Positions 25,001-37,000 of a stretch of 64,000 nucleotides of DNA are shown here, in pieces; position 1 is the stretch's first letter, and each line of letters starts with the position of its first letter. The notes beneath the pieces were generated by a model. The model did no database searches and was not told the origin of the DNA. It saw only the letters and a list, made by a program, of their open reading frames with translations. The translations under genes were made by a program, and so were the position numbers. The DNA is taken from assembly GCA_964276515.1 (NCBI GenBank), contig OZ193909.1, positions 2,542,001-2,606,000 on the forward strand, read 5' to 3'. The stretch is from Gordius albopunctatus. Its lineage: Eukaryota.

Positions 25001-28000
25001 CCCTCGAGCATTTTTATATGCTACTGTTCTGCCTAATGCACCAAACAGCGAGCACATATTGTGTTAACGCGCATATTAAGCAACTCAGTGTGCGTGCTCG
25101 CGTTTGGAGTTTGAAGAAACTTAGCAATTTTACAATTCTAGTACAGACAGATATTACTACACTATGAAACGAATGACATAAGCAGTCTATGAGCAGATGT
25201 TGGGCCCCCCCCCGATTATTTATGGGAAAAAATTATTTTAGATCTAAAGTTTATATTTTATAGTTGTGCAACATAACTGACCAAGTTAATTATTTATAAT
25301 GACTTTCTTTACGTTTTATACCAGATTGTATAATTTTGATGTTGAAATAAAAATGTTAAAATTTTTTTTTTGAAATTTCTCTCTCCCCCCCCCGGGAGAA
25401 AATCCTTGATACGCGCCTGTTTTCATTAATAACACACGCGTCAATAAGGAGTTTAGTTATTCACAAAATATTACCTAAAATTAAAAAATAAGTTGTTATT
25501 AATTTATTTACCTTTATCGTTATCTGTGAAGGAAAATTTTTCTGGGTCGGGCTTAACGCATATAATTTTTCCCATGAAGCACAAACAATAACCTCGAAAG
25601 GCGACGTAAGTCGGTGCCCCATGTCCTAAAAAATGGAATCAAAAAGATTTTTAACTATAAATTAGCACATAACAATCCTATTTTAATTTAAAATTTAGGT
25701 TAAAACTTCTTTTTATTATTATTAATAGAAGTTTATTTCCAAATAATTATGTATGTTATATGCTAAAATTGTAAACAAAATAAAATTGCGACATAGACTT
25801 TTTCCCTTAATTGTTTTTCCAAACGGAGAAAATCCGCAAAGTAGTCGACGACTTAAACCAAAGGTCGCCCAAACAGAACCCAGCTGTTTTTACAACTCTA
25901 CCGCAAAGTGGCATGTTTAATCAAAAATAGCTTTGAACCTTAAATTTTGTTATTTGCCGGTTTAAAAAACTATTTAAATAACACTAATGTTTATGATCTA
26001 ATTTTTAACTAGCCAAACTAAGACGTACATATTCCGGTTTCTCGTGTAAATTAGTTACTAAGATAAGTTCAAAACCGACATTTTAAAATCAATTTTTTTT
26101 TTAAGTTTTAAAATATTTTGAACAATTCCACAACGTTTAAAAAGTGTTATTGACACCGGCCAGGCGGCACCAGGCAATAAAATGAAAGTGACTAATACTA
26201 AAAGAAATTAATACAAACTTAACATTCACCACATACACTAATTTGGACTAATTTGTTAAATGTTTTAAAATTGTCTTTTTAACATTAAAAACGCCTAAAG
26301 ACCCTTCATAACAAGACTAATTCCTAAAATATATTTTAATATTTGTTTAAAACATATATTTAATTTGAAAAGGTACCGTATATGGCAAATTTTCTGATGC
26401 AAGGAGTAGTTGGCAAACACGGGATTATAATGCAATCGAGTTCATTTTCTTTTAAGCACGTACAAAGGCGGGAACAATCTCGTTTTTGAGCGTACACCTT
26501 TTGAAAATCACAATTTAAACTTTCAAATTAAATAAATTTAACAAATTTTTAATTTTTGTAATTATATATTGGTTCTACAGACATACCCGCACTTTACTTC
26601 CGGTTGGGATGTAGATGGGATCGTCATCGGGATGGATGCGGGCACTACAGTTTAGCGCTATTAAATTTTTTAAGTTAATTTTGGACATTTTAACGATTTT
26701 TTTAAATGAGTAAAAAATCGTATGCATAATTAAATTTATTTAGTTTAAACAACAATATTACTTTTAAAATCAATTATTGGTGATTAAAGTTCGATAAATT
26801 AAAGTTTTTTAATCAATCGAAAAATTACGTATTTTTTCTTGCTCAATTTTTGTAAAACGAATCGTGCTAGTTTGCGTAGTTGGAACCGAAAATTGAGGCA
26901 AATCATAAGATTTCAATTTTTTAATCGGGTTTTGATTGTACATCTTTATCGAGTAATCTTTAGAAATAAAAGATTAGAATTTATAATTGCCATCAAGATT
27001 AATAATACAATAGACGGGCGAACAGCTGATCCATGTATGAAATATACATATAAGAGGTCATATTTGTTTAAGTCTTTCTTCTCGAACCCGGCCCGACCCG
27101 GCCCGCTTGAATTTTTTTACTAAATTGACCGACCGGACAGGTCCGAACCCTTCTAAATGTCCGCCTAATCATGCCCGAATCATTAAAGCTGCCCGAAACG
27201 GTGATTTTTTAGAATTTTAAAACGTATTTTGTCATATTTTTTAAGGAATTCTAATTTCAGTTTCATTTTTTAAAAATAAATATTACGATAAGTAAATGCT
27301 AAACAATTAGTTTAAAAGGTGACAAAATCTAATAAAGCCCGAATCGCCCAAATCTTTTTAGCGTGCCCGCCCGGGCCCGCCCGAAAATCTAAATTTCCGA
27401 TAGTTACCCGGGCCAGGCAGTGGGCTCGGCGGGCAATTTTGGGCAGCGCGCCGGGCAGGGCTTTTCTGGTCTCTGATATATATTAACATACTAGGGGCTA
27501 TTCATTTTGTTAAATAGATTAAAAGCTACATATGGAAAGCTAAGCGTCGTGTAATGTTCTCATTCTTCTTAGAGTTTTTAAATTTTGCAATTTTTACTGC
27601 TAAAGTGCGCTTATGGAAAACACTTTGCTAAATTTTAATGCAAAAGTGAGCTGGTCGCAAGCACGTAGGGAAGGGGGGGGGGGTTTCGGGTTTGAACCCC
27701 CGGCCCCTCCTCCTGGATATTGTTTTTTTTCAAAACACAACACAAAATTATTGATAATCATAATTTTAATTAATTTAGCTAGTGTCAAGTGCTGCGTTTA
27801 TATTTATATATATATATATGTTAAAAAATTAAGTCGACAAGTTAATAAATTTTGAATTTCGGAATTTGTATTTTTGATTAAAAGCTTCCAAACTGATCTT
27901 GAAAAGGTATGTTTGACATAGTGATGCAAACTTTAAAGACGTTAAAAATTGACATGACAAAGCTTCGGGGACAAGGTTATGATGGAGCCCCAGCCATGAG

Positions 28001-31000
28001 TGGCTCTAAAAATGGTTTGCAAAGTCATATAAAAATCCTATATCCAAAAGCCATTTACATTCACTGTGCATCCCATAATCTAAATCGGGCCATTAAAGAT
28101 TCCTGTAAAATTCCTAACATTAGGAATTGTATGGGTAAGATTCATTTTTTAAATCTATTATGTTATATTTTTTTAAAAGGTGTTGTCAAAAAAATCACTA
28201 ATTTTATATCAACCCCCAAAAGATGTAATCTTTTCACTTCTAAAGTATTGTCATTGCCGGATAACCCTAAATTCACAAAATTAATATCACTGTGTGAAAC
28301 TAGATTGACACAAAAGCACAATTCTGTTCAAAGATTCTGTGAAGCGAAGGAAGCAATATTTGCTACCTTGGAGCAGATGTGTGAATGGGACGATGAAGAA
28401 TCATCGTCCAATGCGGCGATTTTGCTTTCATCATTAAGGACATCCAACTTTTGGCTGTATGCTAAATCAAATTTTCTCTTACACTATTAATCTTAGCAAT
28501 TATTTGCAAAGGATTAATATAGACCTTTCTCAGGCCATAAATGCAGCCGAAAATGCGTTAATACAGATTCAACATTTGCGGGAAAATTCCCAAGAAGAAT
28601 TCAGAACAATCTACAATGATGTCTTGTCACTAGGAGATATATATGATTTCAAAATTACTATTCCTAGGAGAGCCTCACGACAAACTCTTCGTTCAAACAT
28701 TGAAACATCTTGTCCAGAAACTTATTACAGAGTTTCGTTGTATAACTCCTTTTTAGATGCGGTTTTGGTGGAACTTGATGAAAGGTTTCTAAAAAACAAG
28801 CAAATACTGTTGGGATTTGATTCCCTTCTGATTAAGTCCCCTGTCATGCTCTCAACAGAGATATTAAATAACTTTCTTCAATTGGCAAATTTTTATGAAG
28901 AAGATCTTGACGGCTCTCAAGAACACTTCAAATCGGATATTAAATTGTGGTATCAGTCGTTCAAGGACTGTGAATTAGAGAATTTGCCTACCAATGCTGC
29001 ATTGGAAACATTAAGCAATCATGCGTCCAAATTAAAATTACTACATCCAAATATAAAAACATTCTACCATATATTAGCCACACTCCCCGTTACAACATGC
29101 TCTAATGAGACATGTTTTTCAGCTTTAAAAAGACTAAAAACTTACCTCAGGAACACAATGGGACAAGAAAGGTAAATTAAATGGTTTTACTAATTTTTAA
29201 TTTAGGCTTACTGGATTAACCTTGTTAAATGTACATAGACAATATACCCCCAAAACAGAAGATATTATTAATGCATTTTTATCTAAAACACGTCGATATT
29301 AATTGTTTATAGTTTTTAAATATTTTGTTATATTATAATTTATTTTTGTTGTATTTTTACTTTCAATAATATATGTCGAAAATAAAATTACTTCCAAAAA
29401 AATATGGCTTCAAAAATTTTAAACCCCCCCCCCTAGCAAATCTTGGCTACGCCCTTGGCTGGTCGCCAGTCTGTTCATTGTCCATGGGGATCCCATGCAA
29501 TTATTTCCCCATTGATCTTAATAAATATCTCCGAAATAAATATTATTTATTCGCAAATAGGTTTTTGGTGAATGTATAGTATTGTTTTAGTTATTATTAA
29601 TTAGCTTGGTAAAATGTACATATACATTTTCAATAAAATCCCTCGCAACTTTTTGAATAATGCAATAATTTTATAAACGCTGAATGTGTATCGCGTTCAA
29701 CAAATCAAAATTTACTTTCAAAAATGTTTTTATCAGTAAAACAAGAGACATAATAAAAATGTAAATAAAATGTTAAGTAGAAAGGTTTGCGTAGCTAATA
29801 TCCTAATTTTATTACCAATGCAAGAATTATTGACCATAATTTTGAAATAATCCATGCATTTGGCCCTTTCTTGAGGAGTTGGCTGCTCGCACAAACATTT
29901 TTTCAGCATTAATTCGCTCCCCTTCATCTTGATTAAAGTATCTCGACAAGCGAAATCTCCATTCACACAAGGGCTCCCCGAAGCGGGAATGCTTACAACT
30001 TGACAATTAGTTTCGAGCTCTTGTAGTAAGGCGCTAAAAAGGAAAGTTTTAAAAACATATACTGGAAGCACTAAATACTATGAAAACTTATAGTTATAAA
30101 ACCGCGAAAATAATAATTTGATGTTAAATAAATGTTACATTATTTGTATTTATATGCGTAGCCAATATTGGATTTAGAGGGGGGCAATAATGATTTAGGT
30201 AGGGGCAAAATGAACATTTTTTGAAATTTTAGCCCCATAATTTTAATTAATTTCATCAAATTTTTGGATTTAGAGGGGGCAGCCGCCCTTCCCTGCCCCC
30301 CCCCTAGCTACGCCCACGTCTATATAATATTTCCATTTTCTGCAACAAATTACAATTTGATTACTTGCACCAGGTGTTGTTGGAGCATTTATCGTATATT
30401 TGGATGCAGGACGTCTTTAGGGAGCTTATCATAACGCATCGCGATTCGAAAACTTCTTTGAGCCCAAAACAAGTTTTATCCTTGGGTGTGCATTGACAAA
30501 ATGCTGCCGCGTAAGTGTAGTAAGGATCGACGGTGTGATAAAAGAGCGAAGTTATTTCTTTGCATGAGCCGGGATCACAAGAGCCACTAGTAGAGCAAAC
30601 GGAAAGCATTTCCTCCATCTTAGGACCACAGTCCGGGTCGGCTATACAAGCAGTGTGAACCGCCGTGCAATCTAATCAAAAACAAAAAATATACTTATTA
30701 TCAGCTTGTATAAAATATTCTGTCTAAACCCGGCCTGGTCTGATTATATAACTAAATAGCCCGCCCGAACCCTTATAAGACCCGAATCATTAGGGTTGCC
30801 CGTAATACCCGCTCAAAATATTAATTTTTAAACTTTTTTGCAGTAGTTTTGTTATATTTTCCATGAATTTTTAATTAAATTCTCGATTTTTTTTTCTGTA
30901 AGAATGACGATTAAAAATATTATTCAATTATGTAAGAAAGTGATAAAATAATATATTATATTAAAAAATTCGATTGAGCCTGAATCTTGTTATGGTGCTG

Positions 31001-34000
31001 CCCCCCGGGCTTGCTCAAATTTTTAACATCTGTTGCCCGGCCCGGTGGGACGGGCTATTTAAGAGTATCTAATTATTGCTATATATAGGGGGAAAAAGTG
31101 GGAAATAAGAAAATATTCAATATTCAACAAACCTTTATCGCCTATACTAGCCAGTGTGGTGGTTTGCGTTGGTGAAGTAGTTTCTGGCTTAAGCCTATCA
31201 GAGCCGGCCGGCCCCGGACGGCTAACTGCAATTGGCGTTGTTGTTGACATGGTGGTAGTTGATAGAGTTGTAGTGGTGGCTATGGTCGTCGATCTTGGCC
31301 CAGATATGGGATTTGACACGTAATCTAACGCTGCTTCTTCTAAAGGTTCAAAAATATACGACTAAATATTCTGCCCTTTTGGCATCCAATATTTTATCCC
31401 CGTTTTTGCATCGTGCTCTGGCATGGGTGTAGCCAAGGGGGGGGGGGGGGCAGGTAAGGGCGGCTGCCCCCTCTAGATCCAAAAAACTCGTTGAGATTTA
31501 TTAAAGTTATGGCTAAAATTTCTAAAAATTTTCATTTTGCCCCTCCGTAAATCATTAAGCATGTGCCGACTCTTGGCCAATAATATATGATATTAATTTA
31601 GATTTATCTAATTAAACAATAGGTCTTTTTTATTCTATGTTTATATATCTGACCTCGTTTTCGTACAAATAAACTTTTTAATAAGAAAAAAAATATTAAA
31701 CATTTTTCTGTACCTAAACATGTGTTTTCGAAGAGCATTTGATATATGTCCAAGCAATTTGATTTGATGCTTTCATCTTGAGTTTCGGTTACGGTTTCAC
31801 AAGTACAATTGTGAACCATAAGTTCAGTTCCCATCAAACCAATCCTCGCTTCTCGACATTTCGGCAATTCTTCTCGGCATTTTCCGTCGTCACTCGACAT
31901 TTTGCAATACTTTCGATAGTTTTCCATATGATCGCTAGGGCGAAAATCAGCATATATTTTATGAATTAACATAATTAATCTGTAACTAATATTATTATCT
32001 TTTATTTATTTTTATAGAAAGAGCTTGGAGGAGCAATTCTCCATATAAAATCCTCGCTTACTCTATATATACATACATTTGTTACATACAATATTATAGT
32101 AGGTATTCTAATAATAAGTAACAAAACTTATTTGATATTCGTAAATTTTTTATAACTACTTGCAAAAAAAATCGAATTGACAGAGTCGCCTAATCTCCAG
32201 GCAAGAGGGTACATCGACATCGTCCGCATCTTCTTTAACACCACTGGAATCAGCTGTTTTTGGATCCACCCCTTCCGGATTAATGGTAACTTGAGGGTGA
32301 GATGCACAGGGCGGGGCTATGGCTTCCCTCACCCTCAAGCAAGCATTATCGGAAGGATCACATGTGCAAAAAACCAATGGGTGTGTGTAGTAAGGATCGA
32401 CTTGTTGATAAAAATTACGGACCGCTCCCATACATACTACCCTATCGCATACTAGAGAAGTTTCTGCTTCACCCTTTTTAGACACTTAACGCAAATATAA
32501 AAAAATTAATTAATTTTTCAAAAGTGTGTTAGGCACACTCTTTTTAATCAACATTAGGATTAAAAAAATGAATTAATTGAATCGTTTAAACCCTTTTTAT
32601 ACTTAATTTTTTTAAATAAAACTTTAAAAATGAGATATTTTAATTTAAGTTGGAAGTGAGCATATTATGTAAAGGAATAAAAACATTGATAAAATAAAAG
32701 ATCCGATTTTGTCAAAAGTCTTTCCAATTTTAAAATTTAAACCTATTTTAAAGACTACTTTTACTTTACCATCTTCTTTCCAGGTGTCAGTCTTTTTAGT
32801 GGTCAGTTTAGTTTTTTTCTTCGTTTTTTTGTTAATTAATTTAGCTTCGGCATCATTGACCATCGGCTCTTCCGTAACATTTTTATCGGGTTTCTCTATT
32901 TTTCCCTTAACTTTTCTCTTAATCCTATTTTCCTTTTTAGTGCTTTTAGGGTTTTCTTTACTCTCTTCAACATTGCCTTTTTCTTCGTTGTTTCCTTCAC
33001 CGTTTAGGTCTTCATCTAATTCTTTGTGGGAAAAAGTACAGGCCGAGAGCATATCGGACATAGCGTGAAAACATTTACTATCCTTATTACATCTGGCAAA
33101 AGCTGCGGTGCATTTCAAATCTATTTGCCAACATCAAATAATGAATTATGAAAGAGGTTTTATTTAGAATTGAAGAAAGAACTTATATATTATATCTATG
33201 GTATCTTCACAAAAGCGTTATCAGTTTATTAAGGACAATTTTAATTGAGTAATTGAAATATATAGTATCGTAAAAAACAAGAGATTTTAACGGCATTTTA
33301 CTAATAACTTTAGATAAAAATATGAGTTTACTAAGTTAAAATAGATCTAACCTCTCTCTGTTTGTTAACATCCCAATTTAATAAATATAGATTTAATAGT
33401 ATTTCAACTTCTTTTAAGTAAAAATTATGAACAAAATACTCTAATGTTTCTAAATTAATAAACAGTGCAAGATTTCAATCGATTTTACGTAAGAAACATG
33501 GCAATGAATTTAAATAACCTTCAATGCTCATCGGAGTTGTCCTTATATATATCGGGTTACCTATAAATAATATAATGCTTGTTGTATACATTATTTACAT
33601 AGTCTAATTAGTAGTGTTGCGAAAATGGCTGAAATTTGTTTGGGCGACCTTTGGTTTTAGTAGAGTTGTTAAATTGCTAACTTTCTTCAACTCCAGCTAC
33701 CATCTGCTCGAGTTTCTGCTCGGTCCTCGAGCATTTTTATATGCTACTGCTCTACCTAGTGCACCAAACAGAGAGCACTTATTGTGCTAACGCGCATATT
33801 AAGCAACTCGGTGTGCGTGCTCGCGTCTGGAGTTTGAAGCAAGTTAGCAATTTAACAACTCTAGGTTTTAGTCAACTAAACACAAAGAAACCAAGCGTTT
33901 TTTGGTCTCTTTTTTTGGCTTATCCCAAAGCTTAGTCGAACTTTAAAAAACAGACCAGAGTGTCGAACAAACAAAACCCAAATGTTTTTAAAACATTACA

Positions 34001-37000
34001 TTAGTAATATAATTAGTATAGCATATTTGTCAAACGCGTACCCTAAAATGACAGCTTAACTCCTCTAAAAATTGCATTCACCATTTCTGCCATAATAATT
34101 TTTATATAAATGCATCAAAACTCTTATAAAAATCATTTTCACAAATTTTTAAATGGTCAAACATCTCTATTTTCCAATATAACGTTTTAATATAAATGTT
34201 TGTGGATAAAGAATAATCATTTTCACCAGCCTACAAATTTAAGCATGGGATCTAAGTTATCAGTTATGTTCTCTAACTTATATGTAATAGAAGTTAGCAT
34301 TTAAATTTTTTATGTATATTACGGTAGGATACTTCGGAATACGAACAAGTAGCGTTTGGGCCACAATGCCCGCCGCTACTATTGAAGGAGACGGGTGGGG
34401 TACTGAGTGTTAAATTTTGCAATTTATCGAAAAGTGATATTGTCGAAAGAGTTGAACCAGCGTCGTTAGTTGCCCTTTTCCTATGTCGTCCGTTCGTTTC
34501 ATTATTCACATTAATTTCTCCTTCGAGCAGGGTCGTGTTATCATACGGCAAATCCAAAGTCACATTCACCACGCTAGTAGAATCGTTATTATCGACAATC
34601 AATAAATCACTTAACGCCATCACTCTTAGTTGTATCGATTGATTTTGAATTGTCTGATTGAATATTAAAGTGGACATGATCGGACCTACACTATCTAGGG
34701 TGAGAGAGGGTTTGGAGAAATTAGAAGTCGACCAAGACGGAGCTATATCACTGGGAGGAGGAGTTCTGTAAAGGTATTGAGCTAGGTATGCCATCCAAAT
34801 AAAATCCTCTTGAAGTCTAAGTTGATGAAGCAAGGGATCGCCAGAAATATGATCATCATTCGAGGGTGAAATTGTGAAAGAGAAACTGAGATTTGTACCC
34901 AACATATTACCTATAGCACCACCGGGATTGGCATACATGTATTTAAGGAGCGTCCTTTTAAAATTCTGCATCGCGGGCTCGGCGAAAACCGGTTTAGTTG
35001 TGTTACCGAAATAGCCTCCCCGATGCTTAATTTCAAGCTCCATGGTAGGGGGATTGGAGGTGGGTGCCAATATAGATTCCAGTTTTACTGTGCAAATGAA
35101 TGCATATGGAAAAGAGAATATTAAGAAAGAATATTAGGTTTTTAAAGATTCAAAATAAAGGTACAAATTTATTGGAGTAGCCAGCATTGGGATTAGAGGG
35201 TGTCAATTGTGATTTAGGGAGGGACAAAATGATCATTTTTTGAAATTTTAGCCATAATTTTGATAAATTTTATATTGGATTTAGAGGAGGCCTGCTTCCT
35301 CCCCCCTTTGTACGCCCATATATATTCCAAAAAACTTGATGCATAGTTTGTTAAAAATATGGAGTTTTTTTAATAAATCTAAAAATACAAACACCGATTT
35401 ATTAGGGTAAATGTAAGCATGGATGATGTAGCAAGGATCTGAATTACGGGGGGGGGGGCAATAATAATTTAGTAAGGGGTAAAATGATCATTTTTTGAAA
35501 TTTTAGCCATAATTATAAAATTTTTTGAAGGTTTTCTGGATTAAGAGGGGGGCAGCCGTCTCTCCCTGCCCCCCTGGCTACTCCCATGTATGTAAGTAAT
35601 TGTGGAAACATTTAAGTAACTTATGCAAGGATTGTGCTGAACGAGATTTTGGATTTTAGGGCATTTAGTGTCCTGGTAAAGGGGGCAAGAACAATTGAAA
35701 AGCGACGTTTCTCGAATGAATAACCAAGTTTTCCAGCAATCATAACTTCGTGAAATAACAACGAAAATACATTAATATCACGCATATTTAAGATATCATT
35801 TTGTAATAATATTTCATATAAAAATTGAATATAATATATAAAAGACGCAACTTCGTGATAAGTGTTGCAAACGTTTTGGTAAAAATTAATTGATTACATG
35901 CTAAGTATATCAATTGATTTCCTCTTTATTAATAATTATAATAAATTAGCAAAAAAATCCAAAATACACTTATGAATGAGGTAAAAAATGTGGAAATTTT
36001 GCATTTTATTGTTGAACTAATAATCAATTTAAATTATTGACAAATTAAGGAAATTTTCAGGGTGATTTTTACCTGTTGAGGCTTGTACAAATGTTATGAT
36101 TTTCAAATTTGCAGTGTTTCTGGAAACGGTTAAACAGTTCTTTGCACGGGGTCGAGGCGAAGCAAATTTCGTGCGCTATGGTGCATGAAGTTATGGGCAT
36201 GAGGGGGCTCAAACTGCCTAAAAGAAATCATACAAATTTTAAAGAAAACATATAATTAAAAATCATTTTTAAGACACCAAATATGATAAATTGTCAGCAT
36301 TTTTGATTATTAAGTTTTATAATAATTCATTCAATTTCCCACAAAAGTTTTGTAATTTCATTAAAGCTTCCCTTTAAGTTCAGTTTAATAATTGAAATTA
36401 TAAAGTATTTTTGCAAAAACGACCATTTTAATGTAGTAAAAATTTAATATTAAAACGAGGGCGTAGCAAGGAATTGAATTAAAGGCGGGGGCAATAATAA
36501 ATTAAGGAGAGACAAAATGATGACTTCCTGAAATTTTAGCCATAATTATATTAATTTCAAAGAATTTTTGGATTTAGCCCTGAAAAACCCATGCCTTGGC
36601 AAAATATATTTTTAAAAAAATTAATTAAAACGCACCCGGTTGGGTGGTTTATACTTAATTTTAGTTGTTCTAAAATCTTATTCAGCCTCAAATTAAGAAA
36701 TCGCTAAAATTTCAATGTAGTAATAATCAACTTTTCCCCCGTGGCATTTGATACATTTAAGACCCGCGTGGAGAGCATAATATTCATCAACATGGCTAAT
36801 GATAAATAAGGTCAAAGGGAGTCAAACTTAAATGAATATTTAGCGTTTCGAGTCGTTTCGGACTTATCCATTTTATCTTTGAGCTCGAGTTTTCATTCAG
36901 GAAAGGCTAGTTTGGTCCTCAAAAATTTATTTTGACCATATATAATGTATGTTCCTGTTTATCTATTATAAACTTTAGGCTAAATCTAAAAACGTTTTGG

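Noticed and set aside
29466..29517. Possible phase-1 exon on the minus strand (DQWGNNCMGSPWTMNRLATS) cut by the hAT insertion
   Set aside because: With the transposon removed it stops after SSLLH, and the gene splices cleanly from 29816 to 26657 without it.
32709..33068. Hydrophobic 119-aa ORF on the + strand
   Set aside because: Antisense of the Lys/Glu-rich exon; A-rich codons read as F/L/S on the opposite strand.
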